DNA of 42,853 nt from a bacterium (GTDB taxonomy: Bacteria; Patescibacteriota; Minisyncoccia; Minisyncoccales; UBA10102). The first letter of the stretch is position 1; the number at the start of each line of letters is the position of its first letter. Both the position numbers and the translations under genes were made by a program. The stretch spans positions 1 through 42,853 of the forward strand of contig JAQBTT010000003.1 of assembly GCA_027624865.1 (NCBI GenBank), written 5' to 3'. Below are positions 20,501 through 29,744 of the stretch, in pieces. The notes beneath the pieces were generated by a model. The model was not told the DNA's origin and did not search any database. It saw only the letters and a program-made list of their open reading frames with translations.

Positions 20501-21052
20501 GAAGTGTTTGAGTATCAGATTCCAGCAAAAATGGCTTTATGGGTAAAGACTGGAGATTTGGTAACAAAAGGACAGCAACTTTGTGAAGGACATCTTGAGC
20601 TTCAAGAAATCTTTGCTTTAACAGGAAAAGACAGGGCTGCAAAGTATATTGTAAGAGAGGTGCAAAATATTTATAGCTCGCAAGGTGCTTCTATTCATGA
20701 CAAGCACATTGAAACTATCACGCGTCAGATGTTCTCTCGAGTACGAATTAAGGATTCTGGTGATACGAAATTCACCGAGGGTGAAATCTTGGAGCGAGCT
20801 ATATTGCTTGAAGAAAATGATAGAGTCAAAAAGCTTGACAAGAAAGGAGCTGAAGCGACGCAACTTCTTTTAGGTATTTCAAAGATTGCTCTCACTACAG
20901 ATAGCTTTTTGTCCTCTGCTTCTTTCCAGGAAACTTCCCGTGTTTTGATTAAGGCTGCTATGGAAGGGAAGGAGGATCACTTGCGAGGACTAAAAGAGAA
21001 TGTAATTATTGGAAAACTTATCCCAGCTGGAACGGGGTATAAACAGAAATAG
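17501..21052 (+). CDS. rpoC: RNA polymerase beta' subunit
   Basis: NADFDGDQMAVH, GEVTKPETINYRT, SIGEPGTQLTMRTFH. Confidence 0.99.
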   Translation: MRVTDLESIRIRLASPENVLAWSFGEVTKPETINYRTQRSEKEGLFDERIFGPEKDYECSCGKYRKIRYKGVVCDRCGVEVTKSSVRRERMGHITLASPCSHIWFLRGLPSRMGLVLDIPAASLERVIYFASYIITEVNEEEKQKAAQEIEEEFKRKTKGQSDEDKKIIKEAKDKAKDELKGFVKMKIISEAEYQNLSLKYGQVFEAGTGAEALRKIFEEVDLKKLLTQVKKDLLTASTQAKRKLLLRLRLLQGMIEAEIRPEWMFMTHLPVLPPDLRPMVQLDGGRYASSDLNDLYRRVINRNNRLKYLLEIGAPDVIVRNEKRMLQEAVDALIDNSMRKGQMTQATTGGRRLLKSLADMLKGKQGRFRQNLLGKRVDYSGRSVIVVGPTMSLNNVGLPKHMALELFKPFVINQILEKELAFNVRGANRLIEQKTDDVWAILEDVVKDKPVLLNRAPTLHRLGIQAFYPQLVEGEAIRLHPLVCPAFNADFDGDQMAVHVPLSKEAQKEAKDLMLSSQNLLKPATGSPVAGPRQDMVLGCYYLSGLDKEQKEVKQNFGSTQEAMLAMEAGVVGIRELANVRLAKNWGGDGVSLTQTTVGRIIFNESLPTGFPFVNDQINAKKMERLVADIIKDYPAIEAPDMLDKIKELGFEYATKSGITWGMDDLIVPPEKAGLLKEADKEVEVIDSHFAKGFLSKEERSSKVIEIWQRVKSSIEKLVPKTLPEGGSVFSIIDSGARGSWSQPVQMAGMKGLVINPAGRIIELPVTSSFKEGFNVLEYFISTHGARKGTADTALRTSTAGYLTRRLIDVSHDALITLHDCKDTIGIIASKDEAEELGQNIALKLAGRMSLQDIKGIVKKGEYIDWDMAQKIGEKEDVNEIQVRSPLSCKSIRGLCQRCYGWDMGRNEEVEIGAAVGIVAAQSIGEPGTQLTMRTFHTGGVAGGGDITQGLPRVEEIFEGRVPSGRAVVSGLDGKVIEISADGLVKVQGKDLDAKAKKEEVFEYQIPAKMALWVKTGDLVTKGQQLCEGHLELQEIFALTGKDRAAKYIVREVQNIYSSQGASIHDKHIETITRQMFSRVRIKDSGDTKFTEGEILERAILLEENDRVKKLDKKGAEATQLLLGISKIALTTDSFLSSASFQETSRVLIKAAMEGKEDHLRGLKENVIIGKLIPAGTGYKQK

Positions 21053-21054
21053 AT

Positions 21055-21106
21055 CATCAAAAAATCGCCTTTCTGGGGTATGTGTCAAGCCGGCGATTTT
21101 TTGATG
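21055..21106 (+). terminator. Inverted repeat after rpoC, probable terminator
   Basis: catcaaaaaatcgcc / ggcgattttttgatg, 15-bp perfect inverted repeat. Confidence 0.6.
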
Positions 21107-21179
21107 CTATAGGTTGGGGATAATCAGGCCTTGATTTCTTCTGCTAGCAAAACGTAACTCTGTATGATATACTGATGGT

Positions 21180-21494
21180 ATGAAGCATGAAGCGTGCAGT
21201 CGATTTCCAAGACATTTTCAGGGTTTATTGTGGTCCAAACCCATAGAGAAGCTCGATCTTACAAAAGATAAGGTGTATATTATTCACCAGATTTTAGCTT
21301 TTGGTTCTTTTGAAGATATTAAAGTTCTTTTTCGTCTCTACTCAAAAAAAGAAATTCGCACAGTTTTCACACATTATCCAAAACAGATATACAAAGCTGC
21401 AATGTTTTCTTTCGTAAAGAATTTTATCCTCGGCCTAAAAGATACTATTTTAAATTCCCAGCGCTATGTTCAAGCTTCAGTGGGAAACAATTGA
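21180..21494 (+). CDS. Small DUF6922-like protein (typical partner of AbiEii-like nucleotidyltransferases)
   Basis: LLWSKPIEKLDLTKDKVYIIHQILAFGSFEDIKVLFRLYS pattern; TGaTATACT at 21165-21173. Confidence 0.6.
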   Translation: MKHEACSRFPRHFQGLLWSKPIEKLDLTKDKVYIIHQILAFGSFEDIKVLFRLYSKKEIRTVFTHYPKQIYKAAMFSFVKNFILGLKDTILNSQRYVQASVGNN

Positions 21495-21614
21495 AGAGTC
21501 ACAACGAAAGGCCCTTGCCTCGCTCAAGGAGTTTTCCTCGGTGGAGGTGCGCTTGCGCCAGACAAAGTGACGAGATTTTTTAAACAGGAAATGAAAAAAC
21601 TCAACGTATTGTAA
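21466..21614 (+). pseudogene. Internally deleted remnant of an AbiEii-like nucleotidyltransferase
   Basis: MFKLQWETIEESQRKALASLKEF, then out-of-frame FLGGGALA (cf. LxGGTAL), then a C-terminal-like KVTRFFKQEMKKL. Confidence 0.5.
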
Positions 21615-21671
21615 GGAATTTCCGTGTTAAAGACTCGCCTTTTTGGTGATTTTTTAGTATAATATTACAAC

Positions 21672-23852
21672 GTGGCAAAAAAGAAACGAAGCAAAAAAAG
21701 TGGTACTCAAGGAGGGTTAAACATTCATGTTCCAGATGACGCAAAGCGCAAAATAGCGGGTGTATTGTTTTTTGTTGTCGCCCTTATCTTCACCTTTTCA
21801 TTTTTCCAAATGGCAGGCAGTGCTGGATCACTGCTGTTTTCTGCAGGAACATTCCTCATTGGAAAGGCGGTATTCTTAATCCCGCTATTTTTGGTAATTG
21901 GAGGATTGATATTTTTTGGAATGCGCTATTGGGGGCTCTGGCAGGTGTTGATTGCTTTAGCTCTTTTGTTTTTGGGTACTGGAGGAATCCTCGGGGTTAT
22001 GGCTCGTTCGCAAGAATTAGATATTCAAGAGGTAGGAGGGTGGCTTGGATTTTTAGTTTCCTGGCCTGTGTTTCTTGCTTTTGGATTTTGGGTAGGAGAA
22101 ATCATCTTTGGAGCGCTTGTTGCGGTTTCAGGTATTATCTTTTGGCAACTGCTGGACCATGAAAAAATTAAAGAGTCTTCGTTCACGCAAGGAGCAAAGG
22201 AGAAAGTAAAGAAGATTTTTGAGTCAAAGCTTGATGTAAAATCCATAGAAGATGAGGAGGAATTACAGATAGAGGAGCAAGGGAAACAGCAAGAAGAGGA
22301 CAAGGAAGAGAAGTTTTCCGGCAAAAAGAAAGAGGAGAAGGATAGGAATTTTCAACCTCTACCTTTGGCTGGGAATTATAAATTTCCTCCTTCTGATATC
22401 TTGGAAGCAGAAACTGGAACTCCTAATGCAGGAGACATTAAGGTGTATTCTGCGATTATTAAAAAGACGATGGCCAACTTTGATATTTCAGTAGAGATTT
22501 CTGAGGTGAATATTGGGCCTGCAGTTACTCAGTATGCGTTTAAACCTGCTGAGGGGGTAAAGCTCTCGCGCATTACTGCTCTTGCAAATGACTTAGCACT
22601 GTCTTTGGCAGCACACCCAATTCGTATTGAAGCCCCCATTCCAGGAAGGTCTCTTGTTGGAATTGAAATCCCAAACAAGGCGCGTACCACGGTTCGTCTG
22701 CGTACGCTCATTGAAAATCCAAAGTTTAAAAGTTCCACCGATACACTGCTTATGTCCTTTGGAAAGGATGTTGCAGGAAATGCTGTATTTACGGATTTAG
22801 CTCGCATGCCCCATCTCTTGGTTGCAGGAGCCACAGGGACTGGGAAGACAATTGCTTTAAGTAACCTTATCTTAAGCCTCATCTATCGTAACTCGCCATC
22901 AAACCTTAGGTTCATTTTAATTGATCCAAAACGCGTAGAATTCCCTATATACAACGATTTACCACACTTGCTCACCCCAGTCATTTTGGATCCACAACGC
23001 GCTATAAACGCCTTAAAATGGCTTGTAAAGGAGATGGAGCGGAGGTTTCAAGTGCTCGCTGAGGCAAAGGTGAGAGATATTGGCAGTTACCATGTATTTT
23101 GGGAGCAGGAGCAACAAAAGAAGAAAAAGCAAAAGGACGAGGAAGAAACAGAGCAAATGCCCTACATTGTTGTTATCATTGATGAGCTCGCTGATTTAAT
23201 GGCCTCTCGCGGGAAAGAGGTTGAAGCCCTTATTGTACGACTTGCGCAGATGGCGCGAGCCGTAGGTATTCATTTGGTTCTGGCAACCCAACGTCCTTCT
23301 GTTGAGGTTATCACAGGACTTATTAAAGCCAATGTGACAGGGCGTATTGCTTTGCAGGTTGCTTCTCAAATAGATTCAAGAACTATTTTAGATGCAGCTG
23401 GCGCAGAAAAGCTTTTGGGAAGAGGAGATATGCTATTTACTTCTGCTGAATTTTCGCGCCCAAAGAGAATTCAAGGTGCCTACATATCAGACAAGGATGT
23501 AAAGAATGTAGTGGAGTGGATTTTAAAGAATACGAAGAATTTTGTGCGAGAGGAAATTGCAGAGGACGAACTTGAGAAATCAACTGGCGGGAGCACTGAT
23601 GGCGGTGGTGCATTTGGAGATGATGATGCTTTGTATGAGGAAGCAAAGCAGGTAGTTATAGAAGCTAAGAAAGCATCGGCATCTTTGCTCCAAAGACGTC
23701 TGAAAGTTGGGTATGCAAGAGCGGCGCGCCTTTTGGATATCTTGGAAGATAGAGGAGTGATTGGACCAGGAGAAGGAGCAAAGCCAAGAGAGGTGTATGC
23801 AAGTGCTTCTCAGGAAGAGAGTAAAGGAGCATCAGATTGGTTTAGTCCTTAG
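21672..23852 (+). CDS. ftsK: FtsK/SpoIIIE DNA translocase
   Basis: N-terminal TMs, PHLLVAGATGTGKT, IDELADLM, LATQRPS, gamma domain SASLLQRRLKVGYARAAR. Confidence 0.97.
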   Translation: MAKKKRSKKSGTQGGLNIHVPDDAKRKIAGVLFFVVALIFTFSFFQMAGSAGSLLFSAGTFLIGKAVFLIPLFLVIGGLIFFGMRYWGLWQVLIALALLFLGTGGILGVMARSQELDIQEVGGWLGFLVSWPVFLAFGFWVGEIIFGALVAVSGIIFWQLLDHEKIKESSFTQGAKEKVKKIFESKLDVKSIEDEEELQIEEQGKQQEEDKEEKFSGKKKEEKDRNFQPLPLAGNYKFPPSDILEAETGTPNAGDIKVYSAIIKKTMANFDISVEISEVNIGPAVTQYAFKPAEGVKLSRITALANDLALSLAAHPIRIEAPIPGRSLVGIEIPNKARTTVRLRTLIENPKFKSSTDTLLMSFGKDVAGNAVFTDLARMPHLLVAGATGTGKTIALSNLILSLIYRNSPSNLRFILIDPKRVEFPIYNDLPHLLTPVILDPQRAINALKWLVKEMERRFQVLAEAKVRDIGSYHVFWEQEQQKKKKQKDEEETEQMPYIVVIIDELADLMASRGKEVEALIVRLAQMARAVGIHLVLATQRPSVEVITGLIKANVTGRIALQVASQIDSRTILDAAGAEKLLGRGDMLFTSAEFSRPKRIQGAYISDKDVKNVVEWILKNTKNFVREEIAEDELEKSTGGSTDGGGAFGDDDALYEEAKQVVIEAKKASASLLQRRLKVGYARAARLLDILEDRGVIGPGEGAKPREVYASASQEESKGASDWFSP

Positions 23853-23866
23853 TCTGTGCTATATTG

Positions 23867-23988
23867 AAATCTCAAATCCCAAATAACAAATTACAAACAA
23901 ATAACAATGACCAAAATTACAAATCAAAAACTAGAACCGTTTGGAATTTTGAATTTTTTTGTAATTTGGTGCTTGAAATTTGTAATTT
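23867..23988. repeat. Heptamer-arm inverted element between ftsK and recA
   Basis: aaatctc-aaatccc-aaataac-aaattac-aaacaa ... ttgtaattt-ggtgctt-gaaattt-gtaattt. Confidence 0.8.
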
Positions 23989-24009
23989 CTTTTACGAAGT
24001 AAAAGCTAT

Positions 24010-25023
24010 ATGGCAAAAAAGAAACAAGAACCAAAGGAGCTTGCAGACTTGCAAGAAGCGATAGATGAGATTAAGCAGAGGTTTGGCGAAGGAGCCATCA
24101 TGCGACTTTCAGAAGCAAAAGCCATGGATGTTGAGGTTGTCTCAACAGGGTCAGTTTCCATTGACCTTGCTTTGGGGGCAGGAGGGCTCCCCAAAGGACG
24201 TGTTATTGAAATCTATGGCCCGGAAGCTTCTGGAAAAACTACGTTGGCACTCCATACTATTGCAGAAGCCCAAAAGAAAGGAGGGGTGGGAGCATTTATT
24301 GACGCGGAACACGCCTTAGATCCTGACTATGCAAAGAGAATTGGGGTGAATGTAAATGAGCTTTTAATTTCGCAACCAGATTCTGGTGAGCAGGCTCTGC
24401 AGATTTTAGAAACGCTTGTGCGCTCAGGAGAGGTTGATGTGATTGTTATTGATTCTGTTGCAGCTTTAACTCCCAAAAGTGAGATTGCAGGGGAAATGGG
24501 AGAGTTTCCAGTTGGTTTGCAGGCAAGGCTCATGTCTTCAGCATTGAGAAAACTTTCTGCTATTGTTTCAAAGAAAACAACAACCGTTATTTTCATCAAT
24601 CAGATTCGAATGAAGATTGGGGTGATGTTTGGAAATCCAGAAACTACGCCAGGAGGACTTGCATTGAAATTCTACTCTTCTGTTCGTATTGAGCTAAGAC
24701 GCATAGCGCAGTTAAAATCCGGAGATCAAATTATAGGGAATCGTGTTCGAGCAAAAATTGTAAAAAACAAAGTAGCACCACCTTTTAAAACTGCTGAATT
24801 TGATATCTACTACAATGAGGGTATTTCTGCCACGGCAGATTTGTTGAACGCGGGTCTGAAAGAAGAAATAGTTACAAAAGCAGGTTCCTGGCTTCAGTAT
24901 AATGATGCAAAGCTAGGGCAAGGCATGGAGGGCGCAAGAAAGTTTCTTGCAGAGAACCCAAAAATAGCAAAAGAGATTCGCGCAAAATTACTGGGACTTA
25001 GCGGAAGCGGAAAGCAGTCCTAG
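24010..25023 (+). CDS. recA: Recombinase RecA
   Basis: [39 protein letters not shown]. Confidence 0.99.
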   Translation: MAKKKQEPKELADLQEAIDEIKQRFGEGAIMRLSEAKAMDVEVVSTGSVSIDLALGAGGLPKGRVIEIYGPEASGKTTLALHTIAEAQKKGGVGAFIDAEHALDPDYAKRIGVNVNELLISQPDSGEQALQILETLVRSGEVDVIVIDSVAALTPKSEIAGEMGEFPVGLQARLMSSALRKLSAIVSKKTTTVIFINQIRMKIGVMFGNPETTPGGLALKFYSSVRIELRRIAQLKSGDQIIGNRVRAKIVKNKVAPPFKTAEFDIYYNEGISATADLLNAGLKEEIVTKAGSWLQYNDAKLGQGMEGARKFLAENPKIAKEIRAKLLGLSGSGKQS

Positions 25024-25191
25024 GTGACGAGCTCTCTTTACTGCTTTTGCTACGCGACGCTGATGAGTAGAGCATAGTCCTGTTTTTGTTTTAGGACGTA
25101 TCTTTCCCATTCCTGAAACGTAGGTTCGAAAGAGTTGAGTCTCTTTAAAATCAATCTCTTTGACATTCTTTTTACACAAATAACATTCCAT
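24988..25191 (-). CDS. rpsR: 30S ribosomal protein S18 (Zn-binding Cys type)
   Basis: [33 protein letters not shown]; ATG at 25191; 36-nt convergent overlap with recA. Confidence 0.92.
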   Translation of the reverse strand: MECYLCKKNVKEIDFKETQLFRTYVSGMGKIRPKTKTGLCSTHQRRVAKAVKRARHLGLLSASAKSQ

Positions 25192-25215
25192 AATTTGTTC
25201 GCTTGCGCTCACTAT

Positions 25216-25293
25216 CGCTGATTAATACGGATTAAGCTGATTAATGCTGATAAAATTATCCGCATAAATCTGTAGAATCAGCATAAATCCGCG
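25216..25293. repeat. Inverted arms of 9-10-mer 'aatcag/ctgatt' units
   Basis: cgctgattaatacggattaagctgattaatgctgataa ... ttatccgcataaatctgtagaatcagcataaatccgcg. Confidence 0.75.
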
Positions 25294-25309
25294 AGATATT
25301 CCATTTTAG

Positions 25310-25765
<456 letters not shown>

Positions 25766-25802
25766 TTATTCAAGAGCGGAGCGATTGATATAAACGAGTA
25801 TG

Positions 25803-25898
25803 ACCCCGCCCTCTTAGCTTTATTTATTTATGTTGACGACCCGTAAAAGATGTTTTCTTAAGGAGTTTTTCTTACGCATACAGTGTAGAGGGCGGGGT
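25803..25898. repeat. 12-bp inverted repeat with a 72-nt spacer between rpsF and ssb
   Basis: accccgccctct 25803-25814 / agagggcggggt 25887-25898. Confidence 0.7.
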
Positions 25899-25910
25899 TC
25901 CACTTGGAAG

Positions 25911-26327
25911 CTACACTTCCTCGCGGAAGATTTCTGCTAACCTTTTATCAATATCTTCCAGCTCTACTTTTTCAAGTTCTGTTGGCTCTTTTACTATTGC
26001 GGCCACAACAGTTTTTAGAATAGTTCGTTCCTTTGCTTTGCCAGGGGCATAGGAGAGCAAGGTGAATCTGAGGATGCTCTCTTTTTCTCTCAATTTCTTA
26101 TCCATAACCTCAATTTTTTGAGGGTCTATGGTGAATTTTATCACAGCAAGTCGTGCCTCAGCGTGCTTTTTAACAGGAGCAAGAAGAGCACGTTTTCCCT
26201 TACTATCTTGACTTGTAATCAAAGCACCCTCATCTTGAAGCATAGATGATATTTCTCCCAAAAGTCCCTGCAGTTCAGACTCCACTACATCTGTCCTGAG
26301 GAGCAGTGTAAGCTCATAGTTTCTCAT
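25911..26327 (-). CDS. rpsF: 30S ribosomal protein S6
   Basis: MRNYELTLLL, GKRALLAPVKK, ILRF; canonical rpsF-ssb-rpsR order. Confidence 0.9.
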   Translation of the reverse strand: MRNYELTLLLRTDVVESELQGLLGEISSMLQDEGALITSQDSKGKRALLAPVKKHAEARLAVIKFTIDPQKIEVMDKKLREKESILRFTLLSYAPGKAKERTILKTVVAAIVKEPTELEKVELEDIDKRLAEIFREEV

Positions 26328-26357
26328 ATATTTGATATCATGGTACTATATGTGGCA

Positions 26358-27842
26358 ATGAAAGTCAATCCTACTGTTTTTCGAGAATATGATATCCGAG
26401 GCATTGCTGGAGAAAAGTATTCTGCTAAGGAAATCGCAACTTATGAGAAATGGTATGGTCCTTTTCCTGGTATCACTCTTACTCCAGAGGTAGTTTTGAA
26501 TATTGGAAAGGCCTATGGAACTATTATTCGGCGAGCAGGAGGGAGTAAGGTAGTGGTGGGGTATGAGGTACGCCCACAAGCAGAGAAGTTAAGAGAGCCG
26601 TTTATTGAAGGAATACTCACCGCAGGGTGCAATGTCCTTGATGTGGATGTGGCGCTTACTCCTCTTATATATTTTGCTACTGCGTTTTGGAATCTTGATG
26701 GTGGAGTCAATATTACTGGCTCCCACAACATCTATTTTTATAATGGGTTTAAGCTAATGAAAAAAGATGTGTGGCCACTATTTGGCGCGGAGCTACAAGA
26801 GATGCGAGAAATGATAGAAAAAGAAGATTTTCTTGTGGAAAAGAAAGGTGAGCGTACCCCCTTTTTGGCGTTTCCTACGTATGAGGAATATATTATTTCC
26901 CACACAACGCTGCAGCGTTCACTGAAGATTGTTATTGATGCTGGAAATGGGTCAGCAGGAATCTTTGCTCCCGAACTTTTTCGGAAGCTTGGGTGTGAGG
27001 TTGTAGAGTTGTATTGTGAGCCTAATGCTCCTTTTCCTAATCATGATCCAGATCCAGAGAATCCTCATAATGTAGAGGACTTGGGGAAAAAAGTGCGAGA
27101 AGAGAAAGCCGATGTAGGGATTGCTTTTGATGCCGATGGTGATCGTGTGGGATTTGTGGATGAACAAGGGAGTTACATCCCAGCCGACCTTCCATTGTTA
27201 GTATTTGCAAAAGACGCCCTATTAAGAAATCCTGGGAAAAAGATACTCTTTGATACGAAATGTTCCCAGCTCTTAGAAGAGTTAGTCCCTCAATATGGCG
27301 GAGTGCCTTTTATGCATCGCACTGGTCATGCTCCAATTAAAAGAACCTTGAGAGAAGACTCTGAGGTTATTCTTGCAGGAGAGCAGGCAGCCCATTTTTA
27401 TTTTGTTGAAAATTATTTCAAAATTGATGATGGATTGTACGCTGCAGCAAAAATGCTTGAAATCTTCTCTTCTACAAAAGATTCTTTTTCTTCACTTTTT
27501 GCTGATATCCCACTTCGAGTGAGAACACCGGAGATAAAGCTTCCTTGCGTGGATGAAACAAAGTTTGAGGTAGTAAAGAGGATTACAAAAAATCTTAAGG
27601 AACATTATCCCTCTATTCTTCTTGATGGTATTCGTATCCAGGTTACAAAAACTGCGTGGGGGATTGTTCGAGCTTCCAATACCTCTCCGTATATCACCGT
27701 GCGTGTGGAAGGTATTTCTGAAGCCGAGGTTTTGCAGGTAAAGAATATTCTTGCAGATGAACTAGAAAAACACCCTGAAGTGCAGGATCAATTAAATAGA
27801 GAGAAGGTTGCGGTACTGGAGGGAAAGCTTGCTTGGGTATAA
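26358..27842 (+). CDS. Phosphomannomutase/phosphoglucomutase
   Basis: FREYDIRG, ITGSHN (phospho-Ser), FDADGDR, VRASNT; TGgTACTAT 26341-26349 supports ATG 26358. Confidence 0.93.
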   Translation: MKVNPTVFREYDIRGIAGEKYSAKEIATYEKWYGPFPGITLTPEVVLNIGKAYGTIIRRAGGSKVVVGYEVRPQAEKLREPFIEGILTAGCNVLDVDVALTPLIYFATAFWNLDGGVNITGSHNIYFYNGFKLMKKDVWPLFGAELQEMREMIEKEDFLVEKKGERTPFLAFPTYEEYIISHTTLQRSLKIVIDAGNGSAGIFAPELFRKLGCEVVELYCEPNAPFPNHDPDPENPHNVEDLGKKVREEKADVGIAFDADGDRVGFVDEQGSYIPADLPLLVFAKDALLRNPGKKILFDTKCSQLLEELVPQYGGVPFMHRTGHAPIKRTLREDSEVILAGEQAAHFYFVENYFKIDDGLYAAAKMLEIFSSTKDSFSSLFADIPLRVRTPEIKLPCVDETKFEVVKRITKNLKEHYPSILLDGIRIQVTKTAWGIVRASNTSPYITVRVEGISEAEVLQVKNILADELEKHPEVQDQLNREKVAVLEGKLAWV

Positions 27843-27856
27843 TCAGCTTACTAGCT

Positions 27857-27887
27857 GGGCTAAAACCGTTTTAGCCCGTTTTAGCCC
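27857..27887 (+). repeat. Family-B palindrome upstream of RAYT-2
   Basis: gggctaaaaccgttttagccc plus a duplicated half gttttagccc. Confidence 0.88.
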
Positions 27888-27903
27888 TAATATTAAATAC
27901 ATT

Positions 27904-28623
27904 ATGTTTAGAAAACATCCATTTGTTGTAGGGACAATCCATCACATCTACAATCGTGGTGTGGCGAAGTGTTCCATTTGCGACAAAGAAACGGACTACT
28001 GGCGATTTCTGTAGGGTCTCTGTCTTTTTAGCGATACTAAGAGTACGGCAAGTATCCTTTGGCACTTGGAGCGTGAGCGAGGGCGGCTCTCCATGAATGT
28101 TTTAAAGGAATATCTTACACACCAGGGTATTGCTAGAGACTCATTGGTGCGTATTTTGGCCTACTGTGTTTTGAATAATCATTATCATCTTTTGATAGAA
28201 GAAATTAGCGAAGGAGGCATCACACAATTTATGCGTAAGCTTGGAGTTGGTTATGCAAAGTATTTCAATAATAAATACAAGCGGGTAGGGAGTTTGTTTC
28301 AGAATGTTTTTAAGAACGTTCTCGTGGACGACGATCGATACTTTCAATATCTTCTTGTGTATATCAATGTATTGAATCCAGCAGGCATCATTGAACCCAA
28401 TTGGAAAGAGGAAGGTTTTCAAAATATTGAGAAAGTGCTGGAGTTTGCGGAGCGCTATCAATGGAGCTCACATTTGGATTATCTTGGCAAACGCGGCTCT
28501 ATCATTTTAGACAAAGGCGTAGTGGCTACAATCTTTCCTACTCGCGAGTCATATTTTGAGTTAGTGAGATCGGTATTAGAAGGGAAACATTATAGAGAAA
28601 TTGAACATCTCGCTCTTGAATAG
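27904..28623 (+). pseudogene. RAYT-like HUH/Y1 transposase (RAYT-2) with an in-frame TAG at codon 37
   Basis: HHIYNRGVAK...YWRFL*GLCLF...CVLNNHYHLL...YFNNKYKRVGSLFQ...YQWSS; TAG 28012-28014; both ORF pieces are in one frame; 720 nt, the same length as RAYT-1. Confidence 0.88.
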
Positions 28624-28632
28624 CTGGGTGCT

Positions 28633-28653
28633 GGGCTAAAACGGTTTTAGCCC
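28633..28653 (-). repeat. Family-B palindrome downstream of RAYT-2
   Basis: gggctaaaacggttttagccc, the exact reverse complement of 27857-27877. Confidence 0.88.
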
Positions 28654-28668
28654 ACTCCCTTGAGTGAG

Positions 28669-29652
28669 TTAAAGACGCAGGAGGCCTATTTTTTCTCGAA
28701 CTTCTTCCATGGTTGCTTTTGCAATGGAACGCGCTCTTTCTTCACCTTGATGGAGGATTTCTTTTACGTACAGTTCGCGCGAATCAAGCTCTTCTTTTTT
28801 CTTTCGCAAAGGCGCCAGTTTTTTTATAAGAAGATCAACTAAAGATTTTTTAAAAACGGAGTATTCCTTTCCCTTAAATCTCTTTTCTGCTTGCGCTAAA
28901 GATTCATCTGAGAAGAGAGAGTATATGGTTAGGAGATTTGAAATTCCTGGTTTTTTCTTTGCGTCGTATTTAATTTCCTTGCCAGTATCGGTAACGGCGC
29001 TACGAATCTTTTTTTGGATACTTCCTGCTTCTTCAAAAACACCGATGGAAGATTCTGGAGAATCTGATTTGGACATCTTTCTTGCTGGTTCAGTGAGAGA
29101 CATAATTTTTGCCCCTTCTTTTACGAGCAGAGCTTCTGGCTCGGGGAATATCTTCCCGTACATGGAGTTAAACTTTTTTGCGATGTTGCGAGCAAGTTCA
29201 ATGTGTTGTATTTGATCTTTCCCCACAGGAACTCCTTGCGTTTTGTATAGTAAAATATCTGCTGCTTGAAGTACGGGGTATGTTAAAAGCCCTGCATTTA
29301 TATTTTTTACATTTTTAGCAGACTTATCCTTAAACTGAGTCATGCGTTCCAGCTCTCCTAAAGGGGTTAGAGTATTGAATATCCAAGCAAGCTCTGTGTG
29401 CTCTTTTATGTGAGATTGTACGAAGATAGCACATTTTTCAGGGTTGAGTCCTACGGAAAGAAGCTCAATGAACTTTGAGAGTGTGGTTTTGGAAAACTCC
29501 TTTGGGTCTTGGAGGGCGGTGAGTGCATGTAAATCAGCTATCATAAAAAAGGAGTCATGATTGTTTTGCAGCTCAGTCCAATTTTGGGTAGCCCCCAGGT
29601 AGTTGCCAATATGCAATTGTCCCGTAGGCTGTATGCCACTGAAGATACGCAT
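28669..29652 (-). CDS. trpS: Tryptophan--tRNA ligase
   Basis: SGIQPTGQLHIGNY, YPVLQAADIL, KMSKS. Confidence 0.98.
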   Translation of the reverse strand: MRIFSGIQPTGQLHIGNYLGATQNWTELQNNHDSFFMIADLHALTALQDPKEFSKTTLSKFIELLSVGLNPEKCAIFVQSHIKEHTELAWIFNTLTPLGELERMTQFKDKSAKNVKNINAGLLTYPVLQAADILLYKTQGVPVGKDQIQHIELARNIAKKFNSMYGKIFPEPEALLVKEGAKIMSLTEPARKMSKSDSPESSIGVFEEAGSIQKKIRSAVTDTGKEIKYDAKKKPGISNLLTIYSLFSDESLAQAEKRFKGKEYSVFKKSLVDLLIKKLAPLRKKKEELDSRELYVKEILHQGEERARSIAKATMEEVREKIGLLRL

Positions 29653-29660
29653 AGTGAATC

Positions 29661-29744
29661 AATTTCTAATTTTTAATTTCTAAACAATTTTTAAATTTAA
29701 AATTTTGAAATTGTTTTAGCATTTGAAATTTATCATTTTATCAT
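29661..29744. repeat. AT-rich heptamer-arm element between rnj and trpS
   Basis: aatttct-aattttt-aatttct-aaacaa ... ttgtttt-agcattt-gaaattt. Confidence 0.6.

Noticed and set aside
26405-26470. Extra N-terminal segment in PMM/PGM as another element insert
   Set aside because: I could see no palindrome or periodicity in the DNA.
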